DNA of 49,189 bases, the filler included, from Catajapyx aquilonaris (taxonomy: Eukaryota): assembly GCA_000934665.2 (NCBI GenBank). It is 3 parts of 3 records of this genome, joined end to end, with 100 filler letters (N's around TTAATTAATTAA, not from the genome) between each part and the next. Parts side by side here need not be neighbours in the genome. Positions count along the whole stretch, not along the records: positions 1 to 16,352 come from JYFJ02007231.1; 2 more parts are not named here. One strand, 5' to 3'. Below the pieces are notes generated by a model. It worked only from the letters and a program-made list of their open reading frames with translations, was not told the DNA's origin and ran no database searches. Positions 1 to 11,592 of the stretch are shown piece by piece. The position numbers were made by a program, and so were the translations under genes. Numbering within the stretch: the first letter of the stretch is position 1; each line of letters begins with the position of its first letter.

Positions 1-904
1 ACATGAAAACTCGGGACACACTTTGGAGTGATGCAGCAAGGTCACGTGAAATTAATAAATCGTTTTAAAAATGTTGTTTTATACCTTCAACTATGTAGAA
101 TTTAATTATAGTACTGAAACTTGTCTAATGTTAATAATAAAATTGTAAGAAAATATAGCATGCTTTAAAATGAGATCGGGACATGCCAAGAATAGTGATT
201 TTAGGCCCTTTGACATTTTTTGCAGTAAAACTAAATTTAATGTTTTTATTTGTTTTCATGGGGATGGCTAGGTGTCAACTGCTTCTACAAATGTTTAAAA
301 TATCAACTCTCTCAGTCAAGCCATTTTTTAGTTATTATGCCGGGACATGGTATTGGTAAGTTTTTGGAGAATCACCCATATACACCCTTCCCTTGCCAAT
401 ACATGAATCTCAGAATTGTTGCAACATTCTTCTATGAATTTCAGCAGTGGTGGGCATCAGCGCCGCTAATCCGCTAACCGTTAATAGCGGAACTAACATT
501 TCGGTTAGCTGCTTACCGTTTTTGCTAACTTTTAACCCGGTTAGCAGACCGATTAGCTTCCGCTACGTTTTGTGCCGCTAAATGCTAATCTGCTAACAAA
601 ACTAATTCATGTTCCTGTGTTATTTTTTGAGCAGCATTGCCAACTTCCCACTTTCCGCTTCAGACAGGGATCAAATTACGAGTAGACTTGTTTATGGGTA
701 GGAGAGTTCAAGGTCAAAGGGTGCAACGAGTATGGTCTGAGCATCCGGGTTGGAGGGTGGTATGCATACCACCTTCCCTGTTCCCACCCACTGCACTGGT
801 GATGCACCAAAAATGTCTGCTTTTCCTGTGAGGTAAGCCGGTTAAAGATAGGGGGTGATGGTGGCTACGAAAAGCAGTGGTGGTAGATGAAGAGTAATTA
901 GGGC

Positions 905-953
<49 letters not shown>
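905..953. repeat. (AAT)n microsatellite, 3' tail of the adjacent minus-strand SINE
   Basis: About 16 perfect AAT units directly abutting the SINE 3' end. Confidence 0.9.
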
Positions 954-1206
954 GATACCCCGTGATAGGCCACCTTGGGCCTCTTAGGGGATCATCTTTT
1001 AAATACCCGACTTTAATCATTGCCTGCGCTGTGATGGATTTCGATTGTGGGAGGAAACGGGAGAACCCTGAGAAAACCCACTTGAACACGGAGAGAACCC
1101 ATCGAAACTCTATCCACATAAGTATCCTCTGTCCGACCCAGGGATCGAACTCGGGACCTTAAGAGCTGTAAGGCTGCGGCGCTAACCACTCCGCCACTGT
1201 CACCCA
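954..1206 (-). mobile_element. tRNA-derived SINE with V-domain-like core
   Basis: On the minus strand: A-box TGGCGGAGTGG (~1186-1196), B-box GAGTTCGATCC (~1142-1152), core GGGTTTTCTCAGGGTTCTCCCGTTTCCTCCCACA, 3' stem-loop and (ATT)n tail. A second copy lies at 14872-15008. Confidence 0.85.
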
Positions 1207-2275
1207 CGAGAAATTGGGGTAAAAGGGAGAAATGGAAAATGGTAGGAAATCAGGGAAATTTCCGAAAAAAAGTATCGTATACAAAGAGAATTTATCTTTC
1301 AATATATCAATATTATGAGAAGTTAAGTATGGTGTGGTGTTCCACCACCCTAAAAGGGCCTCAGGCCCTATCACGGGATAATTTAAAAAAAGATGTAGTT
1401 AAGTTAGCCTACAGAACAGTTTAAATATTTGACAATAGAATTTATCAATGATTTTAATTTCGCTGTTTACGTGTCTTTCCATGTTGAGGGATCGAAATGT
1501 GCACGTCTGGGGGGGTCGCGAATTTTACGAGACTATTTTTTGGGGTCGCCAATGAAAACAATTGGGAAGCACTCATCTAAAACCTTTGGGCTTTGGCAAT
1601 TTTTTTCCCCCCTTTTGGATTTGTTTATTGCTTTTTTTACGGAGCAGTAAATAACTAAATAAGGCGTATATGTAGCAGTGCTCTCTAGGCTTTAGCCCTC
1701 TAGGTCTGTTTTTATTTTTTAAAGGGTCATAGGGCCAAAAAATGCTAAATTCATCTAATGAAAGTCAGCGCTAGCTTCCGCTAAATTTCCGAGCTGTTTA
1801 GCATTAGCAATTTAGAGAAACCAAATTGGTCAGTTAGCTGATTAGCTGTTAGCGATGCTAATTTTTCGGTTACCTATGCCCACCACTGAATTTCACGATA
1901 CTTCACACCCTCCGATCACGACAATCTCATGACAGCTGGCTGCTCCTCGAGGGTGCAAACAGCTGAGGGCTCCACCATGATGTATGTGCTACCCTTCTGA
2001 TTACACACACCAAATACCTTCCTGGAGAACCTCGCTCTGGCACACAGGAGTTTGAAATGCCTCCGGTGCTTCTGCCCTGAAATACTGTCAATTTGCAGGT
2101 ACTTTTTGAAACACCCTAATAAATAGGCCAGCTGGGATATACATTATAATGCATCATAGAACATGTGTTTAACACCTTATATCATAAAATACATTCTCTT
2201 ATATTTTTAAAATGCACCAGTTGGTAAAACTCCTTTTTTCCCCTAGCCATCCTAATGACTACCCCTTGGACCCCA

Positions 2276-5200
2276 TCACCATATGAAAACTCTATCTCCA
2301 ATGGAAATGGTTCTATCACATACCCTGTTGGGTAAGGAATGACTAAGGTGAATCCCAAATGTAGCCCTTTTGCCTCGCAAGTCGAACAGTGTCAAAAGAG
2401 GTTCCTTGGTTCGCCTGCCTGTCCCCTGATCAATGCAGATCATCCGACACCTAGTACATGGTCCAACATTCTGAAACAATATCAAAATTTTGGAAACATA
2501 ATCACAGTAAAATAAACTAAGAAAGTAATTCTCGATTTACCTGGAAGCTGATATTTTGCACTTGTATATCGGTCCAGTCATCCTCGCAAAATGTTTCACC
2601 ACCATCAACCACCAAATTAGCACGAAAGCGATCTGTTAGCCTGTCCTGAAATACAGTACATCTGTCAAAACAAATGAAGGAATTAATGTCATCATCTGCC
2701 TTACAATGCAAGATTCTGTTTCATCTCTTGCTGCCATCAACTCAGCCAAATGTCGGACACTGGCCTCATTGACCAGCAGGTATTGAGCTTCATTGGCCAG
2801 GCTCAGGTGGTTCTTTCGCCCAGTGACTTGGTGCCGGAACAAACGCAAACCTTCCTTTTCTAACGCACGGCTCAACCATTCAGCAGCTTCATCACCACAG
2901 TCAAAACCAGTCACACTTTCACCACAGACCTTACTGGAGCACACTGATGCTTTCCAACATTCACCATGGTCAGGATTATATTCCAAAGGAACACTCAATG
3001 GCTCCATGCCTGAAAATAAAATATACCTGAGAATGAGTCAGAACTCGGGGTCATCCAGCTGCCTACTGCTACATTAGCACAAAACATTAGTGAGAAAAGT
3101 TGGGAAACCAACAGATATAGCTGTAGACTCTGATGATCGAAACTCATAACCCAGGCTATGCTCGGGGGCTTACCTATGCCTTGCCTGCATTACAGGATAG
3201 GATACAAGGCTGGTGGCCATGTCTAAGGGGCACTTGAATGTTCACTGTTGTCTGCATCATTAATGGTTGGTGCTCAACATTTTTTACTCCTGCATTTTAA
3301 GTTTGTATTGGGCCAAGAAGTAGTACACTGGTGGCAGGATGACCCAAAGTTTTGATTCACTCTGTATAACTTACAGTGGTCTCTCTCCCTCTCCCTTTGT
3401 CACTCTCTACATAAAGACATGCATGTGTATTTGTAATACCCAAATATGGTTAAGATCAGAGAGAAACCAGACTGTGGAGAAAGAACTCCCAAGAAGTGAA
3501 GGTAGTCCTGATTGTTGCTTTCAACTGGGGGAGGGGGAGGGGAGGGAGGGAGAGACACATTCGCAGTCAATATTATCGTAGCCCTTTAAAATAACTGTTG
3601 AAAAGTACTTGCTTAAATATATGCTAAGAAATCAATAGACATTACAGGTATTTCAATTCGATAAAAGTGTATACATATAGAGTACCTTCATAGTTAAGCC
3701 ATAGCAGCATGTTTGACAAGTCTATAGATGGCTTCACCAAGCACAGCTTCAGTTCCCGCTTCTGAGACAGGCAAATGCCTGCTGCAGTGACTATCATCCA
3801 CTGACGGTCATAAGCCAAACCCAATTCACCTAGAGTCCAACTTGCTGGTTTAAAAGGGCCACATGATTTTACAGGATACACACAAATGTTAGACAATATG
3901 ACCTGATGTTTCCAGCTGTTTTTAGTATCTGAATTATGTTCTAATTCTTTAACCAGTTCTTCTGGTAAATCCTTATGTCGCCCATGTTCATGTTTCTGCT
4001 GCACACACAATTCTTCTTTCCATGCATCTGTATGTAAATTATTCTGACAAGGCCACCACTTTGGAAGTTGGTACACAGGTGGGTTATCAACAAAACAGGA
4101 GAGTATCATTTCCACCAGGGCATCAGCATCCTCCTTTTTGGACATGTAGCCAAATGAAACTCGAATGGATCCTGTAGGCTTGCCTTCAACCAAGTCTACA
4201 TCATCACCACACACATGGCCTGCCTGAAACAGTTACAATGTGGATATTACATATAAGGCATGAAACTGCAGGGTGTTTCAATGTCATGGAAGTTGGTAAT
4301 AATCATATTACACTTGTTATCATTATGCAAGGTGGAGATTGGAGAAGCAATCAAAATGCAGACTAATAATCACTAACATCATCCGAAGTAGTTATTTTTG
4401 TGTAGCTTGTTGCACCCCGATCCAGGTGCTTCAGTACTATCAGGTAGTCGAATGTAGCAGTGGCTATAGAATAGGGCACCTTGATCAGGGAGCAACAAGC
4501 TACAAAAAATAACAGCTTCATGCGAAATTTCCTACAATTAAAAGTACTAATACAGGGTATTTCAGAGTCACGGGTCAAGTGCGCGCGAGGGGGTGGGGAA
4601 AAATTGTAGATGGCAACAACCACGGTCGGTTTTATAAAACAATGAGAAATATGGCAATAATAAATTTATTTATTACGGCCGTACGGCTTGACGTCACATC
4701 CTTTCTGTTCGAATTGAGTAGCGCTGACTGGCAGGTTGAACATGGTTGAATGGCTTTTTAGCCTTGCGGGTTGCACCGGAAAAGGCGCTCTCATGCTACA
4801 CCGGCAGGGTACTGTACAAAGTAGTGTACTACTGTACAATAGTGTGTTCAGTACCCTGCCGGTGTAGCATGAGAGCACCTTTTTCCCCACAAGGCTAAAA
4901 GCCGTTCAACCAGGTTCAACCCACTACTGCATCGGCCAGTCCATGACAGTCAATTCGAACAGAAAGGATGTGACGTCACGCCGTACAGGTGTAATAAATA
5001 AATTGATTACTGCCGTATTTCTCATCTATAATATTAAAATGCTTGCGGACTTTGACCGAGCCCTCTGATTGGTCCGCCCCCATTTGATTTATAAAACCGA
5101 CCGACAATTTTTCCCCACCCCCTCAAGCGCGCTTCACCCGTGACTCTGAAACTCCCTGTATACTTGGAACACCCTGTATATGCGCTGTTCATCCGGATTC

Positions 5201-7008
5201 CCAATTATGTATAAATCCGGCTTTGAGCTTTTCAGGAATGTATCCCTGTTTGTAGACTGGGGACTTCCTGTGCTACATTTTGTTTCTGCTAACAAGCAGA
5301 GATTTTTCAAGGTCAGCTCATCCAATCAAAATTTATTTGGTGGCCATAAATTAATAATCCTTCCATTCACATTCATTCTAAATAATACCAATATAACAAC
5401 TGACTCAACCAATACCTCAAATTGATGCCTCATGTCCTGAGTGGTCAGTCTCAGATGCCGACTGCAAGCACCTGTGTTGCAGAAGCAGCCTGTACGAAAA
5501 TGTATATCATGCAAAGAAGCCATATGGTCCACCTAAAAATATGCAGAGATAACCACTGAACCGAATCTGCTGGTGTATCAAAGTGAAGTTATGTTACCTC
5601 CACAAAGCCTATGTAGTCTCCATTGGACTTCAGTAGGTTGAAATTTACTATTCCACCTTGCAGGCCTGAATCTTCAAAGAGTGTGTCCCCATACACTTTT
5701 GTAACAGGTTCACCATTGCAGTGATGCAACATAATCAACTTGTGATGAAGATATCTGGCCAAGCGAAATACATGGAGAGACAACTTTTCCATGCCTCCTG
5801 GCAGCCTCTCCAACGTGTCAAATCCATGCCGCAAGGCAAGTATTGAAAGGAATGAAGTAGTTCCATCTTCAAAGCTGCAACATAAATAGGTGTTATAATA
5901 AGCTACTTCTTGCGTCCACCTGCTAGTTGTAACTCACCGCTCATGAAGGACTGATCGTGGTACATGAATAGGTTCAGAAGCAATAGAAGCCAAGACAGTT
6001 CCACCACCGAAGTATCCTTTATGTAGAACATCCATGCTAGTGTTTTTAACCAGCAGTGCTCCCAAACCAGTGGGGTAGCCAAAGATCTTGTAAAATGAAA
6101 GGCACAGGAAATCTGGTTGGACAGTAGAGAGATCCAGTGAATTGGTGGATACAAAGGAAGCAGCATCCAACAGGCAATACCAGTTGTTGTTTCTATGCGA
6201 ATGTGTTTCGGACGACACTGGCGTGTCTATGCAGTATCTGTTGTCCATTATCACACTGTCTAGCAGGCCTTCCTGAATATTTCGTATCCAGTGCAATGGA
6301 TACTTTACTCCAGAATAATTACACTGGGCAGGATAAGCAAAGAGGCAATTGCTTCCATTATTATGTGGTGTCCTTGAGCCATGACTGTCAATATGTGACA
6401 GTCCTTCAGGTGTTATGCATTTCACAACTGCCCCACGTTCACGCACAACTTCCCTCATTCCAACCAGAGACGTGTGGCTTTCTACTAGATAAACGAAAGA
6501 TCCCTGTCCATCCACCTTGCCAAAGCTGAATGATTCAGCAACCAGCTTCAGAGCTCCTGTTGTTCCAGATGTAAATATGATACTGTAGTCATCAGGTGTT
6601 GTGTTGAAAAATTTTAACACCCTGTTGGCAATGAAAAACTCGTAATGCTGTTGGTTCATCTTGATATAAGCAGATATTTCCTGCCTTTCACGAACCTGTA
6701 TCGAATTTGGTCCACCGCATCAGCTGTAAACTGACTACTGGGATTGCGTGCATGTGGATTTCCAAATACATTTTCACTTAGTTCCTTGTGTATGGCTTCA
6801 AGTTGGCTCTTGGCATAGAGTGTAGCTCCAGCATGGTCTAAGTAAGTTGTGCCTACAAAAAATAAATTACACTTGCACATACCTGCCAGCAAGTAACACT
6901 CTTAAAAAGGTAACCTTTCAAGCGTGAAAACTCCACTTCCAGCATCTTCTTCACTTCTTCGCTGTACACATCTTGAAAGCTGCACAGGTCTTCCATGCAA
7001 TGAGCCAT
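2276..7008 (-). CDS. mal: Molybdenum cofactor sulfurase (maroon-like/MOCOS), 9 coding exons, 823 aa
   Basis: Exons 7008-6915, 6852-6696, 6621-5938, 5874-5598, 5532-5416, 4223-3686, 3009-2705, 2645-2541, 2470-2276; all GT-AG, total 2472 nt in frame. Motifs YLDHAGATLY, FGNPH, IFTSGTT, LDAAS, PLP lysine SFYKIFGYPTGLG, catalytic RTGCFCN, GSIRVSFGYMS, MOSC_N YPVKSC...YDRQW, MOSC RFRANLV and CTRCRMIC. Confidence 0.97.
4269..5176. mobile_element. Older Tc1/mariner-type MITE enclosing the 4553-5158 MITE (MOCOS intron 5)
   Basis: Short TIRs CAGGGTGTTTCAA (4269) / TTGGAACACCCTG (ends 5176) followed by TA; the left flank reads TG rather than TA. Confidence 0.5.
4553..5158. mobile_element. Palindromic Tc1/mariner-type MITE (family A, copy 1)
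   Basis: TA|CAGGGTATTTCAGAGTCACGGG...CCCGTGACTCTGAAACTCCCTG|TA; long inverted arms; related to 24368-24994. Confidence 0.9.
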
Positions 7009-8308
7009 ACTTGAATGCTCCGACCTATAATGACAGATTCCAGTACTCGCAATAGCACTCACACAGCGATTAAACTTACACCGATATAATAATGAGCAGA
7101 TCAACAATGATTATGAGACACGAAAAGATAGGCAGCATGTACAGTACACTGCTCACTGATAAACCTTATATGATAACCAAAATGGGTTAAAACAAGAATG
7201 TTACCATCAAAAATGTAATGATACTTTCCCTACTTCTATACTACAAATCCAAGCAAGGAAAGTGCACTCCCAAGGCCTTACAAGACGGAAGTCAATGTGA
7301 TGTCACGTTACACAACAGTGAATACTTGACACATGGCCTTGCAGTCTTTTTGTGCATGTCTCATGCAAATACGACAGACATCCGCAAACAATTAGTGCTC
7401 ATTCAATTGACAACGAGACACATGAAATAAAATAGTGAATGCTCACTATAAAACACCACATTAAGTACGGTATATCTCTTGCATGGTATGTGCGGACTAC
7501 CATGAACCACATATTTTTCTCTTACATTACCTGCTTATCTGAAAAAGTAGTTACTGAGCACATGTTCGCAAAGTGTGTCATTGTAATTGTACGGAATGTT
7601 CAATAGATGGCGGGAGTTGCATGTTTAAAGAGTACGTTTGGCCACGTTCATCATATGTGCGCCATTTTGAATCCAATCCAACCTTCAGGCGCAGCAGGTG
7701 AAAATCACACGTGACAGATTCAAATGGTCTACTTTTACCGTAGAATATGAAAGAATGGTAGCTGTAATATCAGTTATCACAGCCACATTTTTAGGATTTT
7801 TTTAAAAAAAATTATCCAACATTATGCAGTAACATTACAGTAAAAATGATATTTTGCAAGATCGTTGTTGCTTTCCATCATCGCAATTTTAGTGGAAGTT
7901 ATTGCGCCATTAATGTTACATGAAGAAGTATGTTATGTCCTTCCTATTCTGGTATTGCACAAATACTCAATTTTAAATCGCAATTTATTTGCATCTTTTG
8001 AACGTTGAAATTACAATGCAGGAGGTCCTATAGGAACGTCAGATGATTTTCTTTCCATTTTTCAAGCAATTCGTAATTTTTAGAATTACATATTGTTCAC
8101 TAAAATTGACATTTAAAAAAAACCCACTGTAAATGGTTTGAAACACTGGTTCAGACCCTATCGAAAGGTTCAATATGAACGTTCGTGTGTCAATGGGGAT
8201 TATTATCAATTCTTTCACGTTTAATGCCACACACACGTGCGTGGGTTAAGCATATAATTTGCATAAATATCCGAGATATCGTATGAAACTTGTGGGCACA
8301 ATCACTAT

Positions 8309-9042
8309 ATGAAAATTCAAATTTCGACAAAAATAATATTGATAATTTATTTGTCTGAATATGGACTGTCTTCTTCTACCAAGATCTTACATTCAAGGAA
8401 TAATGGACCGCCTATACTGTACACTTACCCAAAAATTAGTAACCACGAGCTTCCAATACCCAGTGTTTGGAAGTCCAATAGACGCGTATGGTATCTCTAA
8501 GACGAATGGCGCAATCACCTCTTCGATGTTTCAGTCACTGCATAAAGGGCAAAGGCGATTCCCGATAAGTAGAAATAATGTGACGTATTAGTCCTTATAA
8601 TTGAGCGGGTGGCATCAAAAAGGTCGTATCCCAACCGACCTTCAAAACTGACATGTTAATAATGTATTTAATGTATTTATCTGACATAATTATGCAAATA
8701 CGTAAATTGGGATACTCCCATTCTTCCCTCCAGGGGGAAAAAAAGCAAACAAGGCATTTATATAAGTTTTTTTTTTTTGCGTTGCGGTGCACATGTGTAT
8801 TCCAATAATACAGAATACTGCTGTAAATGGAAAATGAAGCACAAACTACAATTTCCTAGAATAGGTGGAAAGAATGTTTCAGGTGTCAAACCTTACCTGT
8901 CTATCCTGAAAAGTTGGATCGAGTTGGGAATATACCCAGGGATACGACGTTTTACCTCGACCCACCCTCCCTACTCTCCTGGCCCCCTAAAGAGTATGGA
9001 AACCAGATCTTGGGAGTCAGCATATATAAACTGCTATCATAG
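8309..9042 (+). CDS. Possible small two-exon orphan gene (113 aa); speculative
   Basis: Exon 8309-8490 (donor GTATCT) joins 8883-9042 (acceptor tttcag) in frame, 342 nt; AATAAA at 9111. No recognisable homology. Confidence 0.2.
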
Positions 9043-9638
9043 TGTCTTAATGGCAACCTGGCAATATATTTTGCTTATCATTACTAGTCCCTTTTTTTCA
9101 TAAATAACTAAATAAAATGACCAACACGACTAAAAATATGTCGATAAGATTCTGCAATCTGGCGTTTTTTTTATCGTACGATACATATGCGCAATGTTTT
9201 TAAAGTAAAGATCTACTTCTACACGTTAATGAAACATAGTCTTGCCAGTCTCGGGTACATGCTTCCATATTACTTCTTTTGCTTTTTCCCCCCAATAATT
9301 AAGGCTAAGTTTTTAGCTATATTTATATTAAGCGATATTTTGCGATTGTTTCATTAGCTACTATGACAAGGAGATAAATTCTCCATCCATTGTCTACAGT
9401 CACTGTTGAAACTGGGTCTCAGAGTGGTAGAAGCATTATTCATGAGGATATTGTAAATTAGGCGGATTTACAGCAGTAAATTACTGTTTGTATTACAATC
9501 TGAGGTCAGCACATCGGTCCAAAAGTGTTTGGAGATAATAATGAGAAAATATGACAACAATAATCGGGTCACACAAGGTTCATTTATGGACACACCCAAA
9601 TGAAATGGACTGAATGAAGCACCTAGTCATTTTATATA

Positions 9639-10546
9639 CAGGGTGATCCAACTCTGTGGCACCAGTAGTTATTGGAAAAATCGCGCAAGCTGCTTGTTTA
9701 TAAGCAGGTCGTTGCTAAGAGATGCTTTCTGGCTCTTTCTGGAGAATCGGGAATAGCACCTGCTGATATTAGGTCCAATGGCCATGTAACAATATTAATG
9801 AGGGGGAAAAAAGGGTCATCAGTGGGAAGCAGGCCTGTTCTGGTGTTCGCTGGAGGGTTTCACATGAGGTCACTAGCTGCCAAACCACAGGCCCAATCCG
9901 TCGGAACTGGACAGACCCGGGTGTGTCAATAAATAGGCCTTCTGGTCTGTTCATTGCTGGCCGCAGTTGGCGCAACTGAGGCAGCGTTGTTTAGTTACCA
10001 GTATAAATAAATAGTTCTTGTAGAGTCAGGACCAGGACATGCCTTACTCACGGGGCCTGTTCGAGGGCCGCCAAAGGGCTTCCAGGGTTCTAACAGTACA
10101 GTCTGCATTGGGCATTCTCTCATTAATTGGTACATGTATGGGCATTGGACCTAATATCAGCAGGTGCTAAGACTGGTAACTAAACAACGCTGCCTGTTGA
10201 CCTGTCCCAGTTGCGCCAACTGCGGCCAACAATGAACAGACCAGAAGGCCTATTTATTGACACACCCGGGTCTGTCCAGTTCCGACGGATTAGCCCTCTG
10301 GTTTGGCAGCTAGTGACCTCATGTGAAACCCTCCAGCGAACACCAGAACAGGCCTGTTTCCCACGGATGACCCTTTTTTTCCCTCATTAATATTGTTTCA
10401 TGGGCATTGGACCTAATATCAGCAGGTGCTATTCCCGATTCTCCAGAAAGAGCCAGAAAGCATCTCTTAGCAACGACCTGCTTATAAACAAGCAGCTTGC
10501 GCGATTTTTCAAATAACTACTGGTGCCACAGAGTTGGATCACCCTG
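9639..10546. mobile_element. Tc1/mariner-type MITE with ~350-bp near-perfect inverted arms
   Basis: TA|CAGGGTGATCCAACTCTGTGGCACCAGTAG...CTACTGGTGCCACAGAGTTGGATCACCCTG|TA; arms ~9639-10000 and ~10170-10546. Confidence 0.93.
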
Positions 10547-11592
10547 TATATAAAGTATACTTAATACGGAAATATGAATGAGAAAATTGATTTTTGCATG
10601 GGACAGCCCTCACTTTTCTAAAAAAAAAATGCTAGTTTGCTTCAGTTTCATTTATTATTTGCACAATCACATACAGTACATATGTTATCATTAACATAGT
10701 GTTGCAACACAACCGTGGACAGGAGAGTGGCACCGCCCAATTCGTTGGGTCGAATTTTCGTCCCACTGCTAGATACTGCTAACTTAGCAGTACCAGTAAC
10801 TAGCAGTGGGACGAAAATAATTCCACCCATTGTTTTCGTATTATTATTTTCTGTTGATGATAAATTAGGTTTACAGCACACAAATGTCCCGTTTCCTTCA
10901 GTTTTTCCATTGAAGCTGATTGAAGTAGTGACCAGAAAATCCTAATATTTTACAAGAAAAAATGCGATTATGTAGCTTACTTTTGAGGCCAAGAAAACAA
11001 TAATCTAGCCACATTTTTATAAATAAAAATCATTTGTAAGCATCAATTTAAGGTCACTATCCCGAATTCCAGTTCTTATCATCAGCAGTGACTGCTCACA
11101 GAGGCAATTTAACATCATGTTTATATATTTATTTAAATAGAATCCGGAGATAAAAACAATGATAAAATATACCCAATATTATTCGCAATATTTTTTAGTG
11201 TTGGTCGCACTAAAGAGACTTTTAGTGAAATGCGAGGAGCAGCCTAAATTTGATTGAAAAATTACGACACACAGAAAAATACATTTTTTCGGACATATTT
11301 AACATGCTGAAATAATGAGAAAGTATCAGCCGAACGCATTTCTGGAGGATTATTTATCTGGAAAATCGATGTATTATATTACATTACCGCACCCCAAATA
11401 AAAAAAACGTTGCCAGAGTCCAGAGAAGTACATAGGCTTATACCGTATATCTTTGTAAAATATTTCGTGGTTGTGGCCAGTGACCAAAACAATACTACAG
11501 CAATCAATTATCGCATACATGTAATTTTGTCCCACTTTCTCATCTTTCCTTCGTTATTTTCCCTTGTCTCCATTTTATGTTCTCTTCTCCCG

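Larger units (their letters stand above)
445..1888. mobile_element. Non-autonomous hAT-like DNA transposon carrying nested SINE insertions
   Basis: TIR CAGTGGTGGGCAT (445-457) / ATGCCCACCACTG (1876-1888); 8-bp TSD aatttcag (437-444) / aatttcac (1889-1896); clustered subterminal (cc)gctaa/ttagc motifs at both ends. Confidence 0.8.

Noticed and set aside
898..1119. ORF with a poly-Leu, transmembrane-like stretch
   Set aside because: Translation of the (ATT)n SINE tail.
1130..1206. tRNA-like sequences (also ~19080-19150, 19890-19964, 29935-30007)
   Set aside because: A/B boxes are followed by SINE bodies, tails and in two cases clear TSDs; no convincing cloverleaf or Pol III terminator.
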